A DNA stretch of 64,000 nucleotides from Squalus acanthias (lineage: Eukaryota), in contig CM059432.1 of the NCBI GenBank assembly GCA_030390025.1, forward strand, positions 116,500,001-116,564,000, written 5' to 3'. The notes beneath the pieces were generated by a model. The model made no database searches. It was not told the DNA's origin and worked only from the letters and a program-made list of their open reading frames with translations. Position numbers and translations under genes: made by a program. Within the stretch, counting starts at the first letter, position 1; the number at the start of each line of letters is the position of its first letter. Below are positions 37,740-52,079 of the stretch, in pieces.

Positions 37740-40700
37740 TAAGCAGAGACAAACAAGCAAGCTCTCCTGCTGGAGAGCTGCTGTAGTTAGTTAATTAGCT
37801 TACTGGATTAAACTGGTTCCTGAAACAGTAGCAGGGCAGTGCTGACTCATCTGAGTTACAAACAGTATAAACACAGGGGCCTGTGAGTGCAGCGAGCACA
37901 GAGTGAACAACTGGGAGTTTGGTAAGTGTGGGAGTTTGGTGAAGGGGAGGAAGGAGGTGCTTGCTTTTCCTAACTTCTCCCGCAGCAAATGAACTTTAAC
38001 ATAAATAAATGTGAGGTGATGCACTTTGGTAGGATAAAAGCAGCAGCAGACCTGCATCAACAAGAGAAAACGGCAGTGTGACGTCACAGGTAAGGCAGGT
38101 AAGTGATTGGTAGTGACTGTGGGCTAAGTTTTAAGTTAACATATAACAACATTTTAAAAACTAAACTTAATTTAATTAATTAAATTTAATTAAATTAAAT
38201 TTAATAAACTAAACGAAGTAAATAATTTGATGAACATTAAACGAATTAATTAAATAAGTAAATAATGGGAGAACAGGAGATGTGTTGCTGCTGCAATATG
38301 TGGGAGCTTGTGGACATTTTTGTCCAGGGTGACTATATCTGCGGTAAGTGTCTGCGACTCGAGGAACTTCGGCTCCGAGTTGAGGAGCTGGAGTCCGAGC
38401 TGCAGACATTGCGAGACATCAGGGAGGGAGAAAGTTACCTGGACCTTTTGCTCCAGGAGGCAGCCACACCCCTGAGATTAAATACTTTAGAATTGACATG
38501 TGGTCAGGGACAGGAGAGTGTGACTGCGAGTGAGGCAGGTACGGGGATCCAGGAGGTAGTATTGCAGGAGCCTCAGTCCCTGCACTTGTCCAATAGATTC
38601 GAGGTTCTTGCAATCTTTGTGGACAAGTGCGGGGACTGCAGGGTGGACGAACAAACTGACCATGACACCATGGTACAGGAAGCCGTTCAAGTGGGGGGGA
38701 GTAAAGAGGAAGGTGGTTGTAGTAGGCGACAGTATAATTAGGGGGATAGGCACTGTTTGCTGCAGCCAGGAGCATGAGTCCTGAAGGCTATGTTGCCTAC
38801 CCGGTGCCAGGGTAAAGGACATATCCTCCAGGCTGGAGAAGAACTTGGAGTGGGAGGGGGAGGATCCAGTTGTCGTGGTCCACGTAGGTACCAACAATAT
38901 AGGTAGGACAACGAAAGAGGTTCTGCGGAAAGAGTTTGAGCAGCTAGGGACTAAATTAAAAAGCAGAACTACAAAGGTCATAATCTCTGGATTATTACCG
39001 GAGCCATGAGCAAATTGGCAGAGGGTCAATAGGATCAGGGAGACGAATGCGTGACTCAAAGATTGGTGTGGGAGAAGTGGATTTTGATTCGTGGGGCACT
39101 GGCACCAGTACTGGGGAAAGAGAGAGCTGTTCCGTTGAGATGAACTACACCTGAACCATGCTAGGACCAGAGTTCTAGCGAATCGAATAACGAGGGAGGT
39201 AGATAGGGCTTTAAACTAAGGGGGGGGGGGGGGGGCGGCGGGGGAAGGGTCCCGGCGGAGAGAAATCTAGAATGCTAAAGAGAAAAGACAAGGAAGCAGT
39301 GCAGGAAAGTGATTGGGGTAAGGATAACCAGATTGTGTCAGGAAGGGACAGAGCATACAAACAAAGGAGTGCATTAACAAATAGGGTCCGGGTAAGAAAA
39401 AATGGTAATAAGACAAATAGGGCCATAGTAAAAAAAAATGTTAAGAAGACAAATCAAAAGGCACTGTATCTAAATGCACGAAGCATTCGTAATAAGGTAG
39501 ACAAATTAACAGCGCAAATAGATGTAAATGGATACGATATAATTGCGATTACAGAGACATGGCTGCAGGGTGGCCAAGGCTGGGAGCTGAATATCCAAGG
39601 ATATTCGATATTTACGAAGGACAGGCAGAAAGGAAAAGGAGGTGGGGTGGCGTTATTAGTAAAGGATGAAATCAGAGTAATAGTGAGAAAGGATATTGAC
39701 TCAGAAAATCACGGTGTAGAATCAGTCTGGGTGGAGCTAAGAAGCACCAAGGGGCAGAAAACATGGGTGGGAGTTGTCTATAGGCCTCCAAACAGTAGTG
39801 GTAATGTAGGGGATGGCATCAAACAGGAAATTAGAGATGCATGTAACAAGGGTACTACAGTAATCATGGGTGACTTTAATCTACATATAGACTGGCCAAA
39901 CCAAATTAGCAATAATACTGTGGAGGATGAATTCCTGAAGTGTGTATGAGATGGTTTTTTAGACCAGTAGACTGAGGAGCCAACTAGGGAACAGGCTATC
40001 CTAGATTGGGTATTGTGCAATGAGAAGGGGTTAATTAATAATCTTGTTGTGTGGGGTCCTTTAGGGAAGAGTGACCATAACATGATAGAACAAAGGAAAC
40101 TACGAAGGTATGAGGAGTGAGTTGGCTATGATAGATTGGGGAGTTTCATTAAAAGGCATGACGGTGGATAGGCAATGGCTAACATTTAAGGAACAAATGC
40201 ATGAATTGCAACAGTTATACATTCCTTTCTGGCGCAAAAACACAAAAGGAAAAGCGGCCCAACTAATGCTAACAAAAGAAATGAAGGATAGTATTAGATC
40301 CAAAGAGGAGTCATATAAAGTTGCCAGAAAAAGTAGCAAGCCTGAGGATTGGGAGCAGTTTAGAGTTCAGCAAAAAAGGACCAAGAGATTGATTAAGAGG
40401 GGAAAAATAGAGTATGAGAGTAAACTTGCAAGGAACATAAAAGCGAACTGTAAAAGCTTCTATAAGTATGTAAAAAGAAAAAGATTAGTGAAGACAAATG
40501 TTGGTCCCTTACAGTCAGAAACGGGAGAATTTATAATGGGGAACAAGGAAATGGCAGAGCAATTAAACAAATACTTTGGTTCTGTCTTCACGGAAGAGGA
40601 CACAAATAACTTCCCAGAAATGCTAAGGAACCAAGGGTCTAGTGAGAAGGAGGAATTAAAGGAAATTAGTATTAGTAAAAATATAGTGCTGGAGAAATTA

Positions 40701-42280
40701 ATGGGACTGAAAGCCGATAAATCCCCAGGGCCTGATAATCTGCATCCCAGAGTACTAAAAGAGGTAGCCATGGAAATAGTGGAAAATTGGTTGTCATCTT
40801 CCAAAATTCTATAGATTATGGAACAGTTCCTGCAGATTGGAGGGTGGCAAATGTAACCCCACTATTTAAAAAAGGAGGGAGAGAAAAAACAGGGAACTAC
40901 AGACATGTTAGCATAACATCAGTAGTAGGGAAAATGCTAGAGTCTATTATAAAGGATGTGATAACAGGACACTTAGAAAATATCAACAGGATTAGACAAA
41001 GTCAACATGGATTTATGAAAGGGAAATCGTGTTTGACAAACCTACTGGAGTTTTTTGAGGATGTAACTGATAGAATAAATAAGGGAGAACCAGTGGATGT
41101 GGTGTATTTGGATTTTCAGAAGGCCTTTGATAAAGTCCCACATAAGAGGTTAGTGTGCAAAATTAAAGCACATGGGATGGGGGGTAATATACTGGCATGG
41201 ATTGAAAATTGGTTAACAGACAGGAAACAGAGAGTAGTAATAAATGGGTCTTTTTTGGGGTGGCAGGCGGTGACTAGTGGGGTACTGCAGGGATCAGTGC
41301 TTGGGCCCCAGCTATTCACAATATATATTAATGATTTGGATGAGGGAACCAAATGTAATATTTCCAAGTTTGCTGACGACACAAAACTAGGTGGGACTGT
41401 GAGTTGTGAGGAGGATGCAAAGAGGCTTCAAGGTGATTTAGACAAGTTGAGTGAGTGGAGAAATACATGGCAGATGCAGTATAACGTGGATAAATGTGAA
41501 GTTATCCACTTTGGTAGGAAAAACAGAAAGGCAGAGTATTATAGTGATAGATTGGGAAATGTTGATGTACAGAGGGATCTGGGTGTCCTTGTACACCAGT
41601 CACTGAAAGCAAACATGCAGGTGCAGCAAGCTGTTAGGAAGGCAAATAGTATGCTGGTCTTCATTGCAAGAGGATTTGCGTACAGGAGCAAGGATGTCTT
41701 ACTACAGTTATACAGGACCTTGGTGAGACCACACCTGGAGTACTGTGTGCAGTTTTGATCTCCTTACCTAAGAAAGGATATACTTGCCATAGAAGGTTCA
41801 CCAGACGGATTCCTGGTATGGCAGGATTGTCGTACGAGGAGAGATTGGGTCGACGAGGCCTGTATTCACCAGAGTTTAGAAGAATGAGAGGAGATCTCAT
41901 TGAAACGTATAAAATTCTGACAGGGCTAGACAGACTGGATGCAGGGAGGATGTTTCCCCTGGCTGGGGGGTCTAGAACGAGGGGTCACAGTCTCAGGATA
42001 CGGGGTAGGACATTTAGGACTGAGATGAGGAGAAATTTCTTCACTCAGAGGGTGGTGAACCTGTGAAATTCTCTACCACAGAAGGCTGTGGAGGCCAAGT
42101 CACTGAATATATTTAAGAGATAGATAGATTTCTAGACACAAAAGGCATCAAGGGGTATGGGGAGAGAGCGGGAATATGGTATTGAGATAGAGGATCAACC
42201 ATGATCATACTGAATGGCGGAGCAGGCTCAAAGGGCTGAATGGCTTACTCCTGCTCCTATTTTTGTCTATGTTTCTATGA
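37740..42280 (+). mobile_element. Near full-length CR1 LINE, defective: ORF1 38265-39219, ORF2 ~39272-42185
   Basis: ORF1 has CxxC..CxxC, a leucine zipper and an SGNH esterase (VVGDS, HVGTN). ORF2 has APE (NARS, TETW, YRPP, GDFN, SDH) and RT (FADD). Several stops and frameshifts; CR1 tail. Confidence 0.93.
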
Positions 42281-42299
42281 ACCTGTAAATGCGATGTGG

Positions 42300-45200
42300 C
42301 CAAGGCTGCTTTAAATATCCCTGCTGGAAAAGAGCCATCGATGAAGTCATCAGACCCTCACCATTTAATAGGGCCGGGAAATGTGCAGGCCTGCCTTAAT
42401 AGGTGGCATTAACTTAAAGTCGCTCTGAGGAGCGGGATGATCAGAACGATGTGGTTCCGACCCGCCACACGGCCCACACACATCCAACCCGACTCAGAAG
42501 GGAAAGTTTTTGAAAAGTGAATCTGGGCTGTGATACTTTGAAGAATGTCTAAACATGCAAGAGAGCGAGCACCAAGGTTTTCAGACACTACACTGGAGGT
42601 CTTGGTGCAAGACGTGGAGAGAAGGAGCGACATCCTGTATCCACGGTGGGGGCAGGAAGCCCTCCAGACAGATGCTCAGGAGGCAATGGGAAGAAGTGGC
42701 GGCAGAGGTCAATGCCAGGAGTGTTGGTCGAAGAACATGGATGCAGTGTAGGAAGAAGTTTAATGATCTTACACGAGTTGTCAAAGTCAGTGAGTTCATC
42801 CTCAAATAGCATATCCTACCAACTGCACCACTAGCCTCATCCGCTCCTCAATTCACTACACCCCCATCACCCACCTACCAACAATCTCTATCAATCAGTA
42901 CTCAACCCTAACATTTATAAGCTTTACCTTACCCTCACACACTTAACACTTTTGCAAACCTCACACCCACAACTCACAGCTCACACACACTGGCAGCTAT
43001 TCAACCATGACAGCCATATCACCCAAACATATTGTCGGACACTCACTGACACACTTCCCTCTTTCTTGCAGGAGATGTGCATTAACAGGAAGCAGCAGCA
43101 AAGAACTGGAGGAGGATAAGCATGTTTTAGCCTCCATGGAGGAGGCAGTGCTGGCCATCATGGGAAGGGGCATTGCTGAGGCTTTGGCCACTGGTGGGGT
43201 TTTCTCTCCGCCAGGGCCTTCACATGTACAGCAGCAGTCAGTGGAGCTCTTGGACAATGAATCCTCAGGAGGAGCTGATTCCTTCTGAGGGTGCACCATC
43301 ACGGGATTCATGTTTGCCACGCACCAGCGCAGATACTCACTTACATGGGTCCAGCTAGGCAGTTAGTTGGGGTTTCGTCTGGTGACTCACAGTTCACAAG
43401 TTAGCATGAGCAGACAGTGGGGGCAGGGACAGCTGTGGAGACAGGGACAGCTGTGGAGAGTCCGCGTTGGAGGGCGCAGCCCTCTCCAAGTTCTGCTCAG
43501 CTGGACACAGATGCTGTACCCCAGGGGCCATCGATGAAAAGGATAATCATTGAGGGGCAACAGCAAATGGGGGAGTCCAGCTCAAGCACGAGTGGGTTAA
43601 TGTTGCACGGCATTGTCAGAATGTCCTTGCATCAATCGCAGCAATCAAATGTGTCCATGCAGGCCTTGACCACAGCTGTGCAGATTCCGAATGCCAACAT
43701 GTCTGCCTCCTGAAATAGGATGACAGATACGTTAGCCTTGGCCTTTCAGTACGTCACTGATCTGCATGAAGCTGCTTTCCAGCAGTGGTAGGAGTGAAGT
43801 GCAGCTGGCCTTTGAGAGGGATAATGGCGAAAGGGGTTATGGAAATGGGTACTCCACTCAAAACACTCAAACTTCTCCCCCCTTGCCCAGCCAACCCCCC
43901 ATCCAGCCAGTCCCTGACACGCTGCCTCCTCTCCCGATGGCCAAGTTTGCCCTTGCACGGGTGGAGCTGTCTTTGGCGAGACTCTCACAGGCTCCAACAT
44001 CCACAGGTCATCGGCCAAGAACATCTCAACAGTCAGAGCAGGGATCTGAGCAGCCTGCCTCTACCTCTGCTGAAACCACAGGGGTCGCACCACGTAGGAG
44101 TGGTGGGAAAAGGAACAGTAAAGATTGTAGTTTACCAAGTATGCACATGGGTGTTTGAAAAATGCTATGTTGTTAAGTTTCTGTTGTTTAGTACAATCAG
44201 TTAAAATGTATTATTTTGCACCACTTTCCCGTGTTGTCCATTCTTGGTTGTTGGGCGGCAACTGGCATTTTCAATTGCTTGTTGAGGAATGGGGAAACAT
44301 GAATTGACTTGGACCAATGGGGTGGGGTGGGGAGGTGGGATGAGCAATGGGTGGATGGTTGGTTACAGGACTTTATGTCAGTGGGATTAGGGGAGATGGG
44401 AGGTGGGGGGGAGAATAGCTGTTGGATTTGATTGTTACATCGGTTCGGTGATAGTGACTAACTGAACCTTACAGCTATAAGGGAATCCCTAGCATCAATG
44501 TGAGCAGCTGGTGCTGCATTGGGGTCGCCACCTTCATCCTCCACCTCCTCCTCATTGGATTCATCCACAGACTATGTGTGCTCAGCACCTTCTCCTGCTG
44601 CAGCCCCAATCCTCGCTGCTGCGCAAAGTTGTGCAGGGCACAGCACACCACGATCATTCTGGAGTTTCTCACAGGTGTCATCAGCCAAGTTTGAAAGGGG
44701 TATCCTTTGTCTCCTAGCAGACACCCCTTAAGTCTGCTTACAGGTCCAAAGATGTCTGTGAACTTGGACTACCGCAGGATGAACGCATCATGGCAGCTCG
44801 CCAGGAATCTTACACGCACCTGCATAAATTTTTTTTGTGGTTGCACAGCAGCTGAACATTGATGGAGTGGAAATCATTGTGGTTGGCGAATACTCCTGGT
44901 TGATCTGAGGCTGTGCAGATTGCCACATATGTACAGTCGATGACACCCTGCACCTGTGGGAAGCCAGCCAGAGACGCAAACCCGAGCGCCTGCTCATTCT
45001 GACTGGCAGCATCGCAGGCAAAGTTCACATAATTGCCAGCCCTGACAAACAACCCATCAGTCATCTGTCTTATGCATTTGTGGGCCACCGACTGCGAGAT
45101 CCCGGATATGTCTCCAGCAGAGCCCTGGAAGGATCAGGAGGCTAAAAAGTTGAGGGCGGAGGTCACTTTCACAGACACTGGTAATACATGGCCACCAGGT

Positions 45201-45900
45201 CCAGCAGAGAGCAGGTCTTTTTCTAGGAGGCTGCAGATGTCTGCCACCATCTGACGCGACAACCTGAGCCTCCGGAAGCACTGCTGTTCCGACAGGTTAA
45301 AGAAACTCATCCTCTGCTTGTACACCGTGTCGCAGGTAGTGCATCCTGCCAGCTGAAGCCCAATGATGTCCAGCTCCAGATCTGTCAAAAGCAGCCTGTT
45401 GCTGCTGCTGGTGGTCATATTGCTCCTTGTCCGAGGTCCAATCTAAGGCAGCCAAGGCACCACCCATCCTGATCTGATTCAGAAAAACTCCAAAGTGTAG
45501 AAAGTAAACTCTCAGCAAAAGTACTGTGAACAAACCCTTTCCCACTAGTAGGTAAGAAAGCAGCTGAGTACCGAGTATTTGCATAACTTTTAAGCAGCTC
45601 CATCAATAGCCGTTGTGTTCTCGCCTTGGTTTCACTGGCGGGTTTCAGAAAGCCTAGGAAACCTCTGGATGCGGCGTTAAATTTAAGTCTGTTGAAATAT
45701 CGCTCCAACTGAATGATTAGCATATGTTAATAGGTAACCTACCTCTACCAAGAGGGCTGCGCATAACCAGCCTAACACACCCGAGTTAAAAGCAGAAGTT
45801 GGCAGGTTGGAGCCAGCTACTGGATGCGCTCGCATTTTTGCAGACTTTAACACCCCACCCGCATCTAAACCCACCGCTCCTCCATGTTAAAATTCCCACA
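42300..45900. mobile_element. PIF/Harbinger copy D, degraded; Myb on + (42545-~44130), transposase on - (~44470-45467)
   Basis: RERAPRFSDTTL..TWMQCRKKFNDLTR; GFPQVQGVIDCT, GDKGYP. The segment carrying the catalytic E is deleted. TIR-like AAAATTCCCAC at ~45889-45899. Confidence 0.85.
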
Positions 45901-47005
45901 AAACAACTTGTATTTATATAGCGCCTTTAACATAGTAAAACGTCCCAAGGTGCTTCACAGGAGTGTTATAAGACAAAAAATTTGACAGAGCCACATAAGG
46001 AGAAATTAGGGCAGGTGACCAAAAGCTTGGTTAAAGAGGTAGGTTTTAAGGAGCGTCTTAAAGGAGGAAAGAGAGGTAATGCGCGGAGAGGTTTAGGCAG
46101 AGAATTCCAGAGCTTAGGGCCTAGGCAACAGAAGGCGCGGCCACCAATGGTTGAGCAATTATAATCAGGGATGCTCAAGAGGGCAGAATTAGAGGAGCGC
46201 AGATATCTTGGGGGGTTGTGGGGCTGGAGGAGATTACAGAGCTAGGGAGGGGCGAGGCCATGGAGGGATTTGAAAACAAGGATGAGAATTTTGAAATCGA
46301 GGCGTTGCTTAACCGGAAGCCAATGTAGGTCAGCGAGCACAGGGGTGATGGGTGAACGAGACTTGGTGCAAGTTAGGACACGGGCAGCCGAGTTTTGGAT
46401 GACCTTAAGTTTACGTAGGATAGAATGTGAGAGGCTGGCCAGGAGTGCATTGGAATAGTCAAATCTCGAGGTAACAAAGGCACGGATAAGGTTTTCCGCA
46501 GCGGATGAGCTGAGGCAAGGACGGAGACGGGCGATGTTACGGAGGTAGAAATAAGCAGTCTTAGTTATGCCACGGATATGTGGTCGGAAGCTCATTTCCG
46601 GGTCAAATAGGACACCAAGGTTGCAAACAGTCTGGTTCAGCCTCAGACAGATGTTAGGGAGAGGGATGGAATCAGTGGCTAGGGAACGGAGTTTGTGGCA
46701 GGGACTGAAACAATGGCTTCGGTCTTCCCAATATTTAATTGAAGAAAATTTCTGCTCATCTAGAACTGGATGTCGGACAAACAGTCTGACAAGTTAGAGA
46801 CCGTGGCGGGATCAAGAGAGGTGGTGGTGAGGTAGAGCTGGGTGTCGTCAGCGTACATGTGGAACCTGACGCCGTATTTTCAGATGATGTCGCCAAGGGG
46901 CAACATGTAGATGAGAAATAGGAGGGGGCCAAGAATAGATCCTTGGGGGACACCAGAGGTAACAATGCGGGAGCGGGAAGAAAAGCCGTTGCAGGTGATT
47001 CTCCC
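45900..47005 (-). mobile_element. L2 LINE 3' part (RT)
   Basis: [37 protein letters not shown]. Confidence 0.92.
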
Positions 47006-47117
47006 CACAGTTACAGAAACATAGGAATGTACAGGACTGGAAAAGAACATTTAAGTAGCGATAGAAGAATATATTTCATCTTTAAATTTTTCACATCTCC
47101 AGAGTATTTTGCATTAC

Positions 47118-47248
47118 CTGCACGTTGTAATCTGTAAACTTCTCACGTCAGCATCATCACAGTTTAAAACAACTGTTATACCACACAACTTTCGAAGGTC
47201 AGGGAGACTAACGAAGAACAAAGACTGAAAACTACAATTTTCTTTCAT
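47118..47248 (-). CDS. C18orf63: C18orf63/DUF4708 homologue, first coding exon (exon begins at 47277; ATG 47248)
   Basis: Acceptor ttttcacAG, donor GTAATG. Translates MKENCSFQSLFFVSLPDLRKLCGITVVLNCDDADVRSLQITTC(R), matching the recalled C18orf63 N-terminus (QSLFFITLPDLNKLC). Ends phase 2. Confidence 0.9.
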
Positions 47249-47334
47249 CTTGCCAGGTACTGAACTCTGATCTGTCTCTGTGAAAAACAGAATTTTAAAA
47301 GAATATAATTATTAAAACTGTTGAATTACTGCAC

Positions 47335-48080
47335 AACAACTTACATTTATATAGCACCTTTAATGTACAAAGAATCCCAAGGTGCTTCATGAGGATTGGA
47401 GAAAACATATATGGAGATGAAAAAGAGAGGTTAGAATGGGTAATCAAAGGCTTGGCTGAGGAGGTGGACCTTAAGGAGAGAATTGAAGAGTGGGGTGGAA
47501 GGTGGAAGAGTTGGGGCAAAGAGAGGCTGAAGCCAGATGAAGAGAGGTTACAGAGTTGGAGGACATTAATGAGATAGGGAAGGGGCAAGGACATGGAGAA
47601 ATTTAAAGACAAGAATTGTAAATTTCAGGCATTATCTGGACAGGAGCCAACATAGGTCAGTGAGAAAGGGTGTAATGGGCGAGCGGGTCTTGGTGCGGGA
47701 TAGGATACGAGCAGCGGTGTTTTGGATGAGCTGAAGTTTGTGAAAGGAGGAAGATGGGAGGCCAGCAAAGAGCATTGGAGTAGCCAAAAGCATGAATGAG
47801 GTTTTTCAGCAGCAGAACGGCTGATGTAGTGGTTGAGGCAGGCAATGTTACAGAGGTGGTAATAGGCAGTCGAGTGATGGGGAGGATACGGGGACAGAAA
47901 CTCGGCATGAGGTCAAACAGGGCTTTCAGAGTACAAACAGTCTGGTGGAGCCTGAAAGTGAAATGATAGTTGATGGAATCATTGTTAAGGGAGCAGAGTC
48001 TCTGGCAGGTGCTAAAGACAACAGCTTCAGTCTTGTCAATGTTTAACTAGAAGACATTAGGCTCATTCAAAATTGGGTAT
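47335..48080 (-). mobile_element. Degraded L2 LINE
   Basis: L2 tail and LIHAF..YSNAL. Confidence 0.8.
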
Positions 48081-48179
48081 CAGTCATTTGTTTAAATGGG
48101 TTTGTGATTTATCTCACTTTTTCCATCATAGATATCACCCGACATTGACAGCTCTGTTTAAAAAAATGAACTACAGCAA

Positions 48180-51100
48180 TCATAGAATGGTTACAGCACG
48201 GAAGGCGGCCATTCGGCCCATCGAGCCGGTGCCGACTCTCAGCTAGTCCCACTTCCCTGCCCTTTCCCTGTAGTCCTGCAATTTTTTTTCCTTCAGATAC
48301 TTATCCAACTACCTTTTGAAAGATAAGATTGAATCTGCCTCCACTACCCTTTCAGGCAGTGCATTCCAGATCCTAACCACTTGCTGCGTAAAATTTTTTT
48401 TCTTACATCGCCTTTGGTTCTTTTGCCAGTCACCTTAAATCTGTGTCCTCTGGTTCTCAACCCTTCTGCCAATGGGTACAGTTTCTCTCTATCTACTCTG
48501 TCCAGACCCAGCATGATTTTGAATACCTCTATCAAATCTCCTCTCAATCTTCTCTGCTCCAAGGAGAACAACCCGAGCTTCTCCAGTTTATCAACGTAAC
48601 TGAAGTCCCTCATTCCTGGAATCATTCTCGTAAATCTTTTCTGCACCTTCTCTAAGGCCTTCACATCCTTCCTAAAGTGTGGTGTCCAGAACTGAACACA
48701 GTACTCCAGTTGGGGCCGAACCAGTGTTTTATACAGGTTCATCATAATTTCCACTTTTGTTCACTATTCCTCTATTTATGAAGCCCAGGATCCCGTAAGC
48801 CTTTTTAACTGCTTTCTCAACCTGCCCTGCCACCTTCAACGATATGTGCACATATACCCCCAGGTCTCTCTGCTCGTGCACCCCCTTCAGGATTGTACCA
48901 TTTAGTTTATGTCCGATCCTCATTCTTTCTACAAAAATGTATCACTTCACACTTTTCTGTGTTTAATTTCATCTGCCACGTGTCCGCCCATTTCACCAGC
49001 CTATTTATGTCTTCCTGAAGTCTATCACTCTCTTCCTCACTGTTCGCTATACTTCCAAGTTTTGTGTCATCTGCAAATTTTGAAATTGTGCCCTATACAC
49101 CCACGTCCAAGTCATCAATATATATTAAGAAAAGCAGTAGTCCTAGAACCGACCCCTGGGGAACACCACTGTATACCTTCCTCCAGTCTGAAAAACAACC
49201 ATTCACCACAACCCACTGTTTCCTGTCATAGTGATACGGCACAGAAGGAGGACATTTGGCCCATCGAGTCCGTGCCGGCTCTCTGTAGAGCAATCCACTC
49301 AGTCCCATTCCCCTGCTCTATCCCCGTAGCCCTGCAAGTTTATTTCTCTCAAGTGTCTATCCAGTCTCCCCTTGAAAACATTGTGTGTCTCTGCTTCCAC
49401 CACTTCCACCGGCTGTGAATACCAGGTCCTCATCACTCGCTGCATAAAAAAGATTTTCCTCACATCCCCCCTGTATCTCTTGCCCAAAACCTTAAATCTG
49501 TGTCCCTTAGTCCTTGTTCCATCAACTAGTGGGAACAGCCTTTACCCATCTAGCCTATCCAAACCAGTCATAATCTTATACACCTCTATCAAATCACCCC
49601 TCAACCTCCTTTGCTCAAATGAAAACAAATCCAGCTTCTCCAACCTGTCCTTGTAGCTAAGATCCCCCATCCCCAGTACCATTCTGGTAAATCTCCGCTG
49701 CACCCTCTCAAGGGTCTTCACATGCTTCCTAAAGTGGGGTGACCAGAACTGGATGCAATACTCCAGTTGTGGCCTAACCAGCGCTTTATAAAAGGTTCAG
49801 CATAACTTCTCTATTTTTGTACTCAATACCTCTATTTATGAAGCCCAAGATCCCATATGCTTTGCTAACCACGCTCTCAATATGTCCTGCCACCTTCAGG
49901 GGCCTATGCACATTAACTCCCAGGTCCCTCTGTCCCTGCACACACTTTAACACTGTGCCATTAAGTGTATATTGCCTCTCCCTGTTCCTTCTGCCAAAAT
50001 GCATCACTTCACATTTCTCTGTATTAAATTCCATCTGCCACTTGTCTGCCCATTCTGCTAGTCTTTCTATGTCCTGTTGCAGTCGATTGGTATGATCCTC
50101 ACTGTTTGCCACCCCTCCAAGTTTGGTGTCAACGGCAAATTTAGAAATTCTACTCTGTATTCCAATATCCAGGTCATTTATATATAGATCAAAAAATCAG
50201 TGGTTCCAGTTCTGACCCTTGGGGAACACCACTGTCTACCATCCTCCAGTCTGAAAAACAGCCATTTACCACAACTCGCTGTTTTCTGTCCTTAAGCCAA
50301 TTCCTTATCCAAGCTGCCACTGACCCACCTATTCCATGAGCCTCAATTTTGTTAACCAGCCTTCTATGTGGTACTTTGTCAAATGCCTTCTCAAAATCCA
50401 TGTAGACAACATCCATTGCATTCCCTTCTCAAATCCTGTTGCTTCATCAAAAAATCCAATTAGATTAGTCAAACACAATCGGCCTTTTACAAATCCATGT
50501 TGGCTCTCCTTAATTAGCTTAAACCTCTCCAAGTGCCCGTTAATTTTTTCCTTGATTATTGTTTCTAAGCCTTTACCCACCACTGATGTTAAACTGACCG
50601 GCCTGTGTTTACTAGAATTGTCCTGACACCCTTTCTTGAACAATGGTGTCACATTTGCCACTTTCCAATCCTCAGGCACCTCCCCCGCATCTAGGGAAGA
50701 TTGGAAAATTGTGGCAAGCCCTTCCACTATCTCCTCCCCCAATTCCCTTAGCAACCTGGGATGCAAGCCATCTGAACCAGGCGACTTATCCACTCTAAGC
50801 ATACCCAGCCTTTCTAGTACATCCTGTCTATCAATTTTCACCCCTTCCATTGCTTCTACCTTTTCCACTTCTACCGATATTTTGTCAGCATCCACCTCCT
50901 TAGTAAACACCGATACAAAGTACTCATTAAGTATTCTAGCCTTGCCCTGCGCCTCTAAGCATATATCCCCTTCCTTGTCTCTAATAGGTCCCACCCCGCC
51001 TCTTATTATCCGCTTACTGTTTACATGCCGGTAGAAGATTTTTGGGTTCCCTTTTATGTTAACCGCCATTCTACTCTCATATTCTCTTTGCCAATATTAT

Positions 51101-51310
51101 TTTCATCCTCACATCCCCTCTCAACTTATTGAATTTGGTCTGGTTCTCCCTTGAAGAATTCACCTGACATGCATCATACACCCTCTTTTTTTGTTTCATC
51201 ATCTTCTCTATCTCTCTTGTCATCCAAGGAGCCCTTGCTTTGGTTCCCTTACCACTTAGCCAATTCCGTATCCATGCTGCTACTGTCCCTTTTATTCCAT
51301 GGGCTTCAAC
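48180..51310 (-). mobile_element. Nested CR1 LINEs: one at ~49226-51250 inserted into another at 48180-49225 + ~51251-51310
   Basis: The outer ORF2 (AAWIRNWLS|DRKQ.VVVNG) is split by a second CR1 with its own tail. Confidence 0.85.
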
Positions 51311-51867
51311 TTGCACATTTACACTTCCAGCCAGCCAAAAGCCTTTACATTGCTTGGCTCCTTATTCAGGAGAGCTCACTCATGCCTCAGTACAAACACT
51401 GAGCACAGATATCCCCCAAAAGTTAGAAATGTAAATATTCAGAAAGTGAGATGGGGAAGCTCTTTAAGCATCTACCATCATGCAGGGTGACAAAGTGCCT
51501 GGTGGGTCCCGCAGACTCCCTGAACACTTTGCGAAACAGCTTTGACAAGATGCTGGATTTGCACCCCGCGTGGCATCAATCCAAAGCGGCTTGACTGTAC
51601 CAGCTGCAGGGAGTCTCACTGTGGATTTACACCGCTGGTTGGCATCGATGTGGAGCTGCAATGACTTTGCACCGACACTGAAGCTGCCCTGTGAGTGCGC
51701 CGAGACCTGGCGCCTTCACCACCCCCACCACCCACCAGAGCCAGAGGACAACCTCCTTCTCCTGCCTGACCAGAAGCAGGGAGGAATAGTATACCATGCC
51801 CAGCCTCAAAGCACAGATATTAATAGAAAGCTACTATCTGAGGAGGGAAATATTACACAATCCCGGG

Positions 51868-52059
51868 CGCAGGGACTGGAGTGCATCATCACCCCGGCCA
51901 ATGTAATTTTAATTTAATTTGATAAGTTTTATTTAAAGTTCTATTAATTTACAGCTAATTGGTTCAACAAAAAGAGGACCCCGGCCAATCTAATTTTAAT
52001 TTAATTTGTTAAGTTTTATTAAGTTACAGACTATCCGTTTAATCACCCAACCAGAAGAG
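51868..52059 (+). mobile_element. Tx1-like LINE extreme 3' end, 3' segment tandemly duplicated
   Basis: QGLECIITPANVILI* matches the copy at 62989-63268; flanked by TAC(A/G)CAATCCCGGG repeats (51854-51867, 52060-52073). Confidence 0.7.
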
Positions 52060-52079
52060 TACGCAATCCCGGGGTGCTC